DNA of 30,295 nucleotides from Thermodesulfobacteriota bacterium (GCA_049320885.1 JBMORA010000006.1:1-30295); one strand, 5' to 3'. Positions 19,391-28,778 are shown, counted from the first letter of the stretch. Numbers and translations: made by a program. The notes: generated by a model from the letters alone, not told the origin.

Positions 19391-20853
19391 TGAAAGACAA
19401 TACGGAAAGGGATGAACGGATGCAGGTATTGTTCCTTTGCGGAAGCCCCAAGGGCAGGGACAGTTCGAGTTATGCGGTTGCCCGGTATCTTGCGGGGTTC
19501 CTGGATGCGGATTATGAATTCATTGACGTGGCCGAAGCCGGCCTGTCCTTCGATGCCGGGGCTGCGGAGCCGGTTTTCGAGCGCATCGTCCGGAAAATGG
19601 ACCAGGCGGCGGTAGTCGTCTGGACCTTCGGCGCCATTTGCTGGCATGCACCCATCCCCCTGAAATTGCTCTGGGACAAACTTTTTACCCAGAACAAAAC
19701 CTTTGAGGGGAAGATTGCGCTATCGCTGATGTCGGGTGCTCATTTTCTGGATGACTATATCCTCGAAACCGTTCAATACATCAGCGAACAGCTCGGTTTC
19801 GGCTACCTGGGGGATGTTTCCGCCGACGGCCTGCCCGGCGGTTATGCGGATTACAGGGAGACGGAAGACGCCTGCCGGGTGCTGGCCCGGCAGATCAATC
19901 AGGCCCTTGCGTCCGGATACGTCCCCTGCCGGTCAAGTGCCTATGCCGAGCGGAAAGACCTTTCGGCGCTGCACTATGGTGACGGTTTTGAAGTGGCGGA
20001 TGCGGCGGCGTATCCGGCGGGCGGAAAACGGCTGCTGGTGATCACCGGTGTCCGTCTGGAAAAAAATCCGGCGGCCACGTCCATTTTCGAGACCATCCGG
20101 CGTTGTTCCGGGAATACCGTGGAACTGGTGGAAATCGAAACGACCGGCGTGCGGGCCTGTCAATTGAACTACCAGTGCCTGCTGAAAGACGACATCACCT
20201 GCGTCCAGCAGGATGCCTTTGAAACCATCAAAGCCAAAATGAAAGCCGCGGACGGGATTGTCTATATCGGTCATTGCGCCTCGGCCTTCGTGGACGCCCA
20301 TCTGCAGACCTTCATCACCCGCACCGGCTCCATGCTGGTGATGCCCCAGCTCAAAGGCAAATACGGTTTCGTCGTAACCGCCGGCGGAGGGCCGTTGGGT
20401 CGACCGGCAGCCCTTTTCCTGGATAAAGTGTTGCGCCGTTATGGCGTTCACAGTATCGCCGCCCTCACGCACAATGATCATGACGCCAAAGGCTTTCCCG
20501 CCACCTTGCAATGGGCCGTCCGTAATTTGGATCAGGCCCTCGCGGAGCAATGGCGCCTGGCCGACCGCTTCACCTGCCGCGCCGAGCACTATTTCATGCG
20601 GGAAAATGCGGCCAGGTTCGGGATGATTTTTCGGGGGTTGTATGGACATGGCCGCCGGGAGAAAATTTTCGACTTCCCGCCTTACCGACTTACCAAGGTC
20701 CTGTGGTTTTTTCTGAGAAGCGAACGGATGATCGGCCTGTTGATGGCCTGGGTCCAGAAGCTGACCGCTCGACAACGGGAAAAGCGGCTGAAGCGCGATC
20801 TTGCGCGTTACGGTATGGGAAAAGGTCGTGAAATGACCGGGGTCCCGTCTTGA
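19390..20853 (+). CDS. NAD(P)H-dependent FMN reductase / iron-sulfur flavoprotein-like protein with two flavodoxin-fold domains
   Basis: VLFLCGSPKGRDSSS; second domain with Cys cluster ACQLNYQCLLKDDITC, ADGIVY and LKGKYGFVV. Confidence 0.75.
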   Translation: MKDNTERDERMQVLFLCGSPKGRDSSSYAVARYLAGFLDADYEFIDVAEAGLSFDAGAAEPVFERIVRKMDQAAVVVWTFGAICWHAPIPLKLLWDKLFTQNKTFEGKIALSLMSGAHFLDDYILETVQYISEQLGFGYLGDVSADGLPGGYADYRETEDACRVLARQINQALASGYVPCRSSAYAERKDLSALHYGDGFEVADAAAYPAGGKRLLVITGVRLEKNPAATSIFETIRRCSGNTVELVEIETTGVRACQLNYQCLLKDDITCVQQDAFETIKAKMKAADGIVYIGHCASAFVDAHLQTFITRTGSMLVMPQLKGKYGFVVTAGGGPLGRPAALFLDKVLRRYGVHSIAALTHNDHDAKGFPATLQWAVRNLDQALAEQWRLADRFTCRAEHYFMRENAARFGMIFRGLYGHGRREKIFDFPPYRLTKVLWFFLRSERMIGLLMAWVQKLTARQREKRLKRDLARYGMGKGREMTGVPS

Positions 20854-20881
20854 CGCGCATCGGTCCCGGCAGGAGAATGAA

Positions 20882-22033
20882 ATGGGTAAATCAGTTGCTT
20901 GCCTTTTTATCGCCGCCGTACTTGCAGGCTTTTCGGCGGGGTGCCTTAACACCGACTCGGAAAACCTGAAAAGGAATGACAGGATTATGTATCCATCACA
21001 AATGAATGAAGATAAGGCTTTTGATAACCTGGTGCCCACCACCATCAGTAAACCCGGAACTCTGTGGGGTACCGTATGGGATTACATGGCCGGAGATGAG
21101 ATCCGCGAGCCGGCCAGCCCGCCGGGTCCTTTCGCGGCCGATGTGCGGTTGGCGGAGCCGCCGGCGGCCGAGGGACTTGCCGTATGCTGGATCGGTCATT
21201 CCACGGTGGTCATCGATATCGACGGCAAGCGTTTTCTCACCGATCCCATCTGGAGCCGGCGGTGTTCGCCTTTTTCCCTGATCGGACCGCGCCGTTTTTT
21301 CGACCCGCCGGCGCCTCTGAATCAGGTCAGGTATGTGGACGGCGTGATCATCTCCCATGATCACTACGACCACCTGGACGAAGCCACCATTCGATGTCTG
21401 GGACAGCGGGATGTGATTTTTTATGTACCCCGGGGAGTCGGGAAACAGTTGCGCGACTGGGGAATTTCAGAGAAAAGGATTCGGGAGCGCACCTGGTGGG
21501 AGGAGATTCGCATCGGGTTGAACCACCGCTTGATCGCCACACCGGCCCGGCATTTCTCCGGCCGCGGCATATTCGATCGCAACCGGACTCTTTGGGTCTC
21601 CTGGGTGATCCAGGGCAGTCGGCACCGTGTTTTTTTCGGCGGGGACGGCGGTTATTTCCCTGGATTCGACACCATTGGGAGGTTGTACGGACCTTTTGAC
21701 CTGACCATGCTGGAGATCGGCGCTTATCATCCCAATTGGGGTGAGATCCATCTGGGACCGCGGAACGCCGTCAAGGCTCATCGGAAACTGAGGGGCAGGG
21801 TCCTGCTGCCCATCCATTGGGGGACCTTTAAACTGGCGCTGCATGCCTGGAACACGCCAGCCGAAGAGGTGATTGAGGTCGCGAAAAAAGACGGTGTCCA
21901 GCTGCTGCTTCCCTTGCCGGGAAAAATGATTGCGCCGATGGGGGAGACGCTGATATCGCGATGGTGGGAAGCGGAAGACGACCGGCAGCGGATCGCCGCC
22001 GCCGATTTGGATTCATTGTCCTATGCCGATTAG
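20882..22033 (+). CDS. Metallo-beta-lactamase-fold hydrolase (NAPE-PLD/RomA-like), probable lipoprotein
   Basis: WIGHST, LTDPIWS, ISHDHYDHLD, PARHFSGR, FFGGDGGY, EIGAY, PIHWGTF. Hydrophobic N-terminus ending FSAGC. Confidence 0.88.
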   Translation: MGKSVACLFIAAVLAGFSAGCLNTDSENLKRNDRIMYPSQMNEDKAFDNLVPTTISKPGTLWGTVWDYMAGDEIREPASPPGPFAADVRLAEPPAAEGLAVCWIGHSTVVIDIDGKRFLTDPIWSRRCSPFSLIGPRRFFDPPAPLNQVRYVDGVIISHDHYDHLDEATIRCLGQRDVIFYVPRGVGKQLRDWGISEKRIRERTWWEEIRIGLNHRLIATPARHFSGRGIFDRNRTLWVSWVIQGSRHRVFFGGDGGYFPGFDTIGRLYGPFDLTMLEIGAYHPNWGEIHLGPRNAVKAHRKLRGRVLLPIHWGTFKLALHAWNTPAEEVIEVAKKDGVQLLLPLPGKMIAPMGETLISRWWEAEDDRQRIAAADLDSLSYAD

Positions 22034-22084
22034 TCCTGTTTTACTAACCATATGGAAAGAGAAAACATTTTGAGGAGAGAACAG

Positions 22085-23284
22085 ATGGGGCTTGCATTTC
22101 AACCGATTACGATCGGTGGGATGGAACTGAAAAATCGCTTTGTTCATTCCGCCACCCATGAGGCCATGGCCGATGCCAACGGCCGGGTCACGGACGATAT
22201 CATCCGACGGTATGAAACCCTGGCCAAGGGGGAGATCGGCCTGATCATCCCGGGCCATTTGTTCGTGCATCCCCGTGGTCAGGCCCACCATGGGCAGTGC
22301 GGGATCCATGATGACGGCATGATTCCGGAATTGAAAAAACTGGCGGAGGCTGTGCACCGGCATGGCGGTAAGATCGCGTTTCAGCTGGCCCACGGCGGCC
22401 GCCAGTCGCCAAAAGCGCTGATTAAAAGACGGCCCCTGGCACCTTCCGGTCACGGCCTGGATCCGGTGTCCCTGAACCGGCCGAAAGCCATGAGCGTGGC
22501 CGAGATCCGGGAGACGGCCGGAGCCTTCGTCCGTTCGGCCGAGCGGGCCATGGAAGCCGGGGCCGACGCGGTTCAGCTCCATTGCTCCCATGGATACCTG
22601 CTCAATGAGTTTCTTTCACCATTTTTCAACCGGCGCCGGGATGAATACGGCGGCTCGGATGAAAACCGCTCCCGGTTTCTGGAGGAGGTCGTAGCGGCCG
22701 TCACATCCATCCTGCCGGCGGACAAGCCGCTGCTGGTCAAGCTCAACACCAATGACTTCACGCCCCGGCAAGGCGTCACGCCGGAACTGGCGGCGGTGTA
22801 TGCCGGCCGGCTGGTAAAAATGGGTGTTGCCGCCGTGGAGGTGAGTTGCGGCACGTATTACGGATTTCAGACCATCCGCGGGGAGGTGCCGGTTACCGAG
22901 CTGGCGTCGGCCCTGCCCGCTTGGATGCGGCCGGTGGCCAGGATCAAGATGAAACTCCAGGCTCCGGCCAACCGCTTTCAGGAAGCATACAATCTGGAAG
23001 CCGCCAAGGTGGTAAAAAAGGCCATGAACGGTGCGCCCCTGATTCTGGTGGGCGGCATGCGCCGTCTGGATCATATGGAGGACGTCCTGGAAACAGGGCA
23101 TGCGGATCTGCTGGCCATGTCCCGGCCGTTCATCCGGGAGCCGCTGCTGGTGAAGCATTTCCGGCAGGGGAAAACCGGCGCTGCCGCCTGCATTTCCTGC
23201 AACAAATGTTTTGCCGCCATGTTTAACCGCATGCCGGTGCGGTGTTATCACAAGGGGCTGCCCATCGGAAAATCAGGCGGCTGA
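22085..23284 (+). CDS. NADH:flavin oxidoreductase, Old Yellow Enzyme family
   Basis: LKNRFVHSAT, QLAHGGRQ, QLHCSHGYLLNEFLSP, RRDEYGGS, SRPFIREP, CISCNKC. ATG at 22085 follows GAGGAG. Confidence 0.93.
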   Translation: MGLAFQPITIGGMELKNRFVHSATHEAMADANGRVTDDIIRRYETLAKGEIGLIIPGHLFVHPRGQAHHGQCGIHDDGMIPELKKLAEAVHRHGGKIAFQLAHGGRQSPKALIKRRPLAPSGHGLDPVSLNRPKAMSVAEIRETAGAFVRSAERAMEAGADAVQLHCSHGYLLNEFLSPFFNRRRDEYGGSDENRSRFLEEVVAAVTSILPADKPLLVKLNTNDFTPRQGVTPELAAVYAGRLVKMGVAAVEVSCGTYYGFQTIRGEVPVTELASALPAWMRPVARIKMKLQAPANRFQEAYNLEAAKVVKKAMNGAPLILVGGMRRLDHMEDVLETGHADLLAMSRPFIREPLLVKHFRQGKTGAAACISCNKCFAAMFNRMPVRCYHKGLPIGKSGG

Positions 23285-23355
23285 AACAATGGGGACAGGA
23301 CAGCCTCGCAACCGATCCATTGATCGGCCGGGGACGTATGGATAGTGGATATCGG

Positions 23356-23847
23356 TTACAAGCGCTTTTGCATCCAGATCACGTCGAAGGGGCGCCCTTT
23401 TTTTACACCGATTGCAAGAAAACGTCCGCATTCGGTGAATCCGTTTTTTTCATGGAACCGGATGCTGGGCGGGTTTAACGAGGAAATGCTTGCCAAAAGG
23501 GAGGTAAGACCCTGCCCACGGGCTTTGTCTTCTAAATGAGCCAGCAGGCGCGTTCCAATCTGTCGGCGGATGGAATCCGGATGCAAAAAATAGGTGATTT
23601 CCGCGGTCTGACGGAAGGCCGGGAGGATATGATAGGGCCGCAGAAAACCGAAACCGATCAAGACATCACTGGTTGTCCGGACGGAAACAGCGGGAAATCC
23701 GGCCGTCATCTGCCGGAAGACGTCGAAAAAGGAATAATCCACCATTTTCTCCGGAAAGGCGGCGAAGGTGTTTTCGATGTAATGATTGAACAGATCAACG
23801 ACCGGAATCCGATCCTGCTCCGATAGTTCATGAAACACCCATTCCAT
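23356..23847 (-). CDS. GNAT N-acetyltransferase (phosphinothricin acetyltransferase-like)
   Basis: AEITYFLHP...QIGTRLL, NPPSIRFHEKNGF, IGVKKGRPFDVIWMQ. ATG at 23847 follows AAGGAAG. Confidence 0.9.
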   Translation of the reverse strand: MEWVFHELSEQDRIPVVDLFNHYIENTFAAFPEKMVDYSFFDVFRQMTAGFPAVSVRTTSDVLIGFGFLRPYHILPAFRQTAEITYFLHPDSIRRQIGTRLLAHLEDKARGQGLTSLLASISSLNPPSIRFHEKNGFTECGRFLAIGVKKGRPFDVIWMQKRL

Positions 23848-24143
23848 GGGATTCACTTCCTTTCGGGGAATGAAAAAAGCCAAGCCAGGTTACTCTGTCA
23901 CTGTTTTCTATCCGAGGGAAAAAATAATAACAGATACAGAATTAATGATTAAAAATCATAACAAAACCATGCTGCGGCGTGGCGGCCGACGGATGCTTGC
24001 GGGCTTCTGCCGGCGATCATTTTCTTGTTTACGATTCCAGCCAGTATGATAAAGAACACTGGTAAGGGAACCGTGTCGGCAGATGGAAAAAGCGTACAGC
24101 TGCCCGATATCCCACGTCCTAATCCATGCAAAGGAGAGACACC

Positions 24144-24665
24144 ATGGAACTGCCCGGCAGGAAAATCATCCTGATGATCGAACAACAGTTCAACGATCTG
24201 GAATTCTGGTACCCGTATTTTCGTCTCAAGGAAGCCGGCGCCGGGGTGACCGTGGTGGGCGGCAAGGCCCAGTCCTATACCGGGAAATCCGGCACCCAGG
24301 CCAAGGCGGATGCGGCCGCGGACGGCGTGAGAACCGCCGATTTCGACGGCCTGGTCATCCCGGGAGGGTATGCCCCGGACCATATGCGCCGATATCCGGC
24401 CATGGTGGCGCTGGTCAAGGAAATCCATGACGCCGGCAAGCCCGTGGCGGCCATCTGCCATGCGGGCTGGATGCTGGCGTCGGCGAAAATTCTCAAGGGA
24501 CGGACAGTGACCTCGTTTTTTGCCATCCGGGACGACCTGATCAACGCCGGGGCGGAATGGATCGACCGGGAAGTCGTTGTCGACGGTAACCTGATCACCA
24601 GCCGGCAACCCGAGGATCTGCCCGCCTTCATGCGGGCCTTCATCGCCGCCCTGCGGCGGGAGTAA
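24144..24665 (+). CDS. pfpI: DJ-1/PfpI family protein (type 1 glutamine amidotransferase-like)
   Basis: DLEFWYP, LVIPGGYAPD, AAICHAGW, VVDGNLITSRQPEDLPAF. RBS AAGGAG. Confidence 0.92.
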   Translation: MELPGRKIILMIEQQFNDLEFWYPYFRLKEAGAGVTVVGGKAQSYTGKSGTQAKADAAADGVRTADFDGLVIPGGYAPDHMRRYPAMVALVKEIHDAGKPVAAICHAGWMLASAKILKGRTVTSFFAIRDDLINAGAEWIDREVVVDGNLITSRQPEDLPAFMRAFIAALRRE

Positions 24666-24669
24666 ATGC

Positions 24670-25794
24670 ATGAATCCGGCGCCTTTCAAGCTGGAGCGCT
24701 ATCTGGCGAAACATGAATTCGCCGTGCCCCATCTGCTCTGCTGTTCCGATTGCGAGACCGTCGCCGTCGCCGATGTTCTGGACCTGGAGCCCGGAGCCCG
24801 GGAAGGATTCCTGAAGTTGAAGCTGGGCTACACGGAATCCCCGGGGAGTCCGGAATTGAGGAATGCCATCGCCGGATTGTACGAACGTATCCGCCCGGAG
24901 GACGTGCTGGTGCACGCCGGCGCCGAGGAGGCGATTTTCATTTTCATGAATGTTCTGCTTTCACCGGGGGATCATGTCATCGTCCAGTACCCCTGTTACC
25001 AGTCCCTGGCCGAGATTGCCGTGGCCATCGGCTGCGAAGTGACCTTCTGGCACACCCGCGAAGAAGATCATTGGGAACCGGACATGGACTGTCTGAAAAG
25101 CAGCCTCAACCCCAAAACCAGGGCCGTCATCGTCAACCTGCCCCACAATCCCACCGGATATCTCATGCCGGCTGAAAAACAGCGGGAACTCATGGAATTG
25201 TCCGGGCGGCACGGATTCCTGGTTTTTTCCGACGAGGTTTACCGGCTGCTGGAATACGATGCCCGGGACCGCCTGCCGGCCGCCTGCGACCTGGACGAGC
25301 GCGCCGTTTCCCTGGGGGTGATGTCCAAGAGTTTCGGTCTGGCCGGTCTGCGGATCGGTTGGGCCGCCACGCGCAACCGGAAATTGTTGGCCCGGATGCA
25401 GGCGTTCAAGGATTATACCAGCATCTGCAACAGCGGTCCGAGCGAATTTCTGGCGGCCATGGCCTTGCGCCACAGCGAAAAACTGGTGCGTAGAAATTTG
25501 GAGATCATTGGTCAAAACCGTCAAAAACTGCACACCCTGATGGAACGGCGCGCCGATTTTTTGGGTTGGACCCCTCCCAAAGCCGGACCTGTGGCCTTTC
25601 CGTATTTCCGGCAAGGGCATGACCCGGATCGATTTTGCGAGGACTTGAGAACGGAAGCAGGAGTTTTGCTGCTACCGGGAAGTGTATACGAGGAAGGATC
25701 CCGCCATTTCCGGATCGGGTTCGGCAGAAAAAATTTCACCGAGGGTCTGCGGCATCTGGAGGCCTTTCTGGATCGTCACCATCCACGACAATAA
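24670..25794 (+). CDS. PLP-dependent aminotransferase class I/II
   Basis: NLPHNPTG, FSDEVY, SKSFGLAGLRIGW (PLP lysine). Confidence 0.92.
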   Translation: MNPAPFKLERYLAKHEFAVPHLLCCSDCETVAVADVLDLEPGAREGFLKLKLGYTESPGSPELRNAIAGLYERIRPEDVLVHAGAEEAIFIFMNVLLSPGDHVIVQYPCYQSLAEIAVAIGCEVTFWHTREEDHWEPDMDCLKSSLNPKTRAVIVNLPHNPTGYLMPAEKQRELMELSGRHGFLVFSDEVYRLLEYDARDRLPAACDLDERAVSLGVMSKSFGLAGLRIGWAATRNRKLLARMQAFKDYTSICNSGPSEFLAAMALRHSEKLVRRNLEIIGQNRQKLHTLMERRADFLGWTPPKAGPVAFPYFRQGHDPDRFCEDLRTEAGVLLLPGSVYEEGSRHFRIGFGRKNFTEGLRHLEAFLDRHHPRQ

Positions 25795-25805
25795 AGGAAT
25801 CACCC

Positions 25806-26564
25806 ATGGAGTATCAAACCCTGTTGTTTCAGGAAACGGATCATATAGGCCGCCTGACACTGAACCGGCCGGAGGCCATCAACGCCATCAACCGGACCAT
25901 GATCGACGAGTTGGAGGATTTTTTTCACCGGATCGAGAAAATACCTTCCTGCCGTGTGCTGATTATGTCAGGCGCCGGCGAAAAAGGCTTCTGCTCCGGT
26001 CTGGACATGAAACAGGCCATGGCGGAAATGCTGGCCGCCTCGCCGGAGGAAATCTACCAGATGCAGTACCAGCTGTCCCAGGTGATCTACCGGATGCGCA
26101 AGATTCCCCAGCCGATCATCGCCGCCGTCCATGGCGCGGCAACGGGTGGGGGCTTCAGCTTCGCCATGGCTGCGGATGTGCGCATCATCACGCCGAACAC
26201 CCGTTTCAGTGCCGCCTATATTAACATCGGCCTGGGCGGCGCGGACTTGCTCAGCAGTTATTTCCTGCCGCGGCTCATCGGCGCCGGCCGGGCCAATGAA
26301 TATCTATTGACCGGCGATTTCATGGATGCCGCCACCGCCATGTCCCTGGGTTTTGCCAGCCGCATGGTGGAGCCCGAAACGCTCCTGAATATGGCCGGCG
26401 AGCTGGCCGGCCGGATGGTATCCAAGAATCCCATGGGGCTGCGCATGACCAAGGAGGCCATCAATCAGAATCTGGCCCTGCCGTCCCTGGAACAGGCCCT
26501 GCATCTGGAAAACCGGAACCAGGCGTTCCTGATCGCGGCCTTGAAACTCAGCAGTCGGCCATGA
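25806..26564 (+). CDS. Enoyl-CoA hydratase/isomerase family protein
   Basis: LTLNRPEAINAI, FCSGLD, PQPIIAAVHGAATGGG, LPRLIG. RBS AAGGA. Confidence 0.92.
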   Translation: MEYQTLLFQETDHIGRLTLNRPEAINAINRTMIDELEDFFHRIEKIPSCRVLIMSGAGEKGFCSGLDMKQAMAEMLAASPEEIYQMQYQLSQVIYRMRKIPQPIIAAVHGAATGGGFSFAMAADVRIITPNTRFSAAYINIGLGGADLLSSYFLPRLIGAGRANEYLLTGDFMDAATAMSLGFASRMVEPETLLNMAGELAGRMVSKNPMGLRMTKEAINQNLALPSLEQALHLENRNQAFLIAALKLSSRP

Positions 26565-26730
26565 AAACCGGACATGGAAACTAGGAGGGCAACCATGATT
26601 CGAGACGCCGAATCCAAGCCGCCATTCCGGTGTATATGGAAATCCCGGATGCCGTCTTTCTGAACTCCGAAATTCAGAGCGGCCCCTGACCGAGACGTTG
26701 AAGCTGAAGCCGGTGCGGCCAAGAAGGTTA

Positions 26731-26812
26731 AACCACGAAGGTCACGAAGGACACGAAGGTTTTCCGGCTGCGCCGGAGAGAAGGCGCTTTCTTCGTGCTC
26801 TTCGTGACCTTC
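26731..26812. repeat. Inverted repeat built from 9-bp CACGAAG-type units (REP-like hairpin)
   Basis: GAAGGTCACGAAGGACACGAAG (26737-26758) pairs with CTTCGTGCTCTTCGTGACCTTC (26791-26812). It lies between convergent genes. Confidence 0.75.
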
Positions 26813-26871
26813 ATCGCAGCGGGTGGTTGAAAAGAATCAGTCCGCCACCCACTACTCCATTGGCAAACCGT

Positions 26872-27610
26872 CTATGGGCTGAGTTTTTCCACAACGCGCA
26901 CATAATCGACTTTCATCTGCTGGATGATATCCACGCCGGGAGGCGCTGGATCATCCCAAATCTGCTGCGCGAAGAGAATGCCCTCCAGATACAGCGGCTC
27001 TTCGAAGGTTATGGCGTTAGGCTCCTGGTGGAAAAGGTCGTGGATGTTGGCGCAGTGATGCTCATTCAGCGGAAAAAACAATATTTTTCCATGATAATAG
27101 TACTAGGAATCATCCCAATAAAGGGCCTGCCCCTCCCGGGAAAGCTGGATCACATACCCGTTGTTGAAGTATAACATCGTTCGGATAATTCCGCGGATCA
27201 TCCACGGCCGTATGTTCCCATGCATTGGCGCCTGTCAATCCGGCATCCCATTCTTCATTCAGTTTCACGCTTTCTGGTCCAAGGGGAAACTTTCTGCCGA
27301 TCACCGCGATATCGATCTCGCGGCCAAGGGTGCCCTTGAATGCCAGGGTGCATTTCACACCTTCCGGGCTGAGGATCTCATCAATGGGAACGGGCTCGGC
27401 GTATTGGCTCACATCGAACAGAAAGTCCATCACTTCTTCGCCGCTTTCGATATGGCTGCAATCGCCTTCCCGGCATTGCCACATGCCGGACTGCACCGAT
27501 TTCGGACCGGAGCTGTCCTCGTATTGACAGGATATGGTAAAATCCCCGCTGATCATTTAAGAGAATAGAGCAAATATTAGCAGCCCGGCCTTCAGTTCCT
27601 TCCTGCGCTT
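26872..27610 (-). pseudogene. Degraded gene for a putative exported protein or lipoprotein of unknown function
   Basis: Signal-like KRRKELKAGLLIFALFS*MISGDFTISC with TAA at 27559-27557; apparent frameshift near 27177; in-frame TAG at 27105-27103 in ...ALYWDDS*YYYHGKILFFPL... Confidence 0.5.
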
Positions 27611-27668
27611 TCCCGCCCGCCATTCCGACCAAACAAATTCCTAAAAAATCATCAAATAATATCTGTTA

Positions 27669-27720
27669 CCTACAGCCGACAGCCTATGGCCTATAAACCT
27701 ATAGCCTATATCCTATAGCC
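27669..27720 (+). repeat. Heptamer tandem repeat, consensus CCTATAG, 7 units
   Basis: cctacag ccgacag cctatgg cctataa a cctatag cctatat cctatag cc. Confidence 0.8.
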
Positions 27721-27758
27721 TTCCACATCACCCGAAGACTCTGATTTTATGCCCGAGT

Positions 27759-27966
27759 GTCTCAATCCCCTCATCGTCGGTTCACCGTTTTGGACTGGGA
27801 AGTAATTGTATGCATAGACACGTCAAAGCCAAACTGGCCGAAACCCGCCACCCGTCTCAATCCCTTCTTGGTTCAGGTTGTTTCCTATGCGGGGACGCTT
27901 GCTGATGTCGATGTCTATCGTGAGGGACGTGGTCTCAATCCCTTCGTAGTTCAGGTCGTTTCCGAT
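27759..27966 (-). CRISPR. Degenerate trailer-end CRISPR segment: 3 repeats of two families, 2 complete spacers
   Basis: 27759-27795 is the main repeat with 3 mismatches. 27854-27888 and 27932-27966 are a related 35-bp repeat, GTCTCAATCCCTTCGTAGTTCAGGTCGTTTCCGAT. Spacers are 58 and 43 bp. Confidence 0.8.
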
Positions 27967-27991
27967 TCAGTGATGAGACAGGCGAAACCCT

Positions 27992-28187
<196 letters not shown>

Positions 28188-28265
28188 TGTCATCCGGTGC
28201 GCCAGGATAAGCCTGGTACATCTTGCTGACTGAGAGGTGTCAGCCATAGTAATTGCTCGTTCGCT

Positions 28266-28316
28266 ATGTAGCGGCGGCCCCCTGCGTACCGGCCGCTTCG
28301 CTCACAAAGGCTACAT
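28266..28316. repeat. GTAG-type REP-like palindrome
   Basis: Outer arms ATGTAGC...GCTACAT with an inner GCGGCC...GGCCGC stem. Confidence 0.45.
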
Positions 28317-28470
28317 CCGGTAATTCGGATTCATGTAATCGCAAGCAAGCGCCACGCGGGGCGGGGCCTCACTTTGCGGTAAGCGGCGGTCTGATTTTGA
28401 TAACCGGCTTCGCCGGGCCACCGGGTGCTTGTTTTCTTATATGCCCTTTTTTGCCCCCCAAAACATCGTT

Positions 28471-28547
28471 ATTGGACCTAAAAACGGCCTTGTTTTGAGG
28501 TAAAATCCTTGACTGGCGCGGATCTTCCGTGGCCCGACCCCGAATCG
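28471..28547 (+). repeat. 77-bp direct repeat, copy 1
   Basis: ATTGGACCTAAAAACGGCC...CCCGACCCCGAATCG; one mismatch to the copy at 28779-28855. Confidence 0.95.
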
Positions 28548-28581
28548 CCCGCCCCGAATCGAATCGCGAATCGCCCGAATC

Positions 28582-28778
28582 GGGAAGGTGTTCACCAAAG
28601 CCATAGAGAGTCTGCGGATAGCGAAGCCCAAAATGGTGATGGTAAACCGAAAACATCGGGCATTTACATAGGCAAGCGCCTTACGCGAAAGCGAGTACAA
28701 CCGAGGAACCGGATGCGGGAAAACCGCACGTCCGGGTCTGTGCGGGGGGTGCCGGGTAACTGGCATTCCTACCGCGAG
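28582..28778 (+). mobile_element. 5'-truncated group II intron fragment 2, distinct in sequence from fragment 1
   Basis: ORF tail KVFTKAIESLRIAKPKMVMVNRKHRAFT* (stop at 28669-28671). DV GAACCGGATGCGGGAAAACCGCACGTCCGGGTC at 28706-28738. DVI GCGGGGGGTGCCGGGTAACTGGCATTCCT-A-CCGC with bulged A at 28771. Confidence 0.86.

Noticed and set aside
1322..26504. Long antisense or alternate-frame ORFs (e.g. 1322-2458, 7143-8639, 19933-21045)
   Set aside because: They are shadows of well-supported genes in GC-rich DNA and carry no recognisable motifs.
17442..26564. cas or CRISPR-accessory genes among the array's neighbours
   Set aside because: All have ordinary metabolic or regulatory motifs. I recognised no Cas, CARF or HEPN signature.
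26698..27174. 158-aa + strand ORF containing NHEGHEGHEG
   Set aside because: It derives from the CACGAAG inverted repeat and the antisense of the pseudogene; no credible start.
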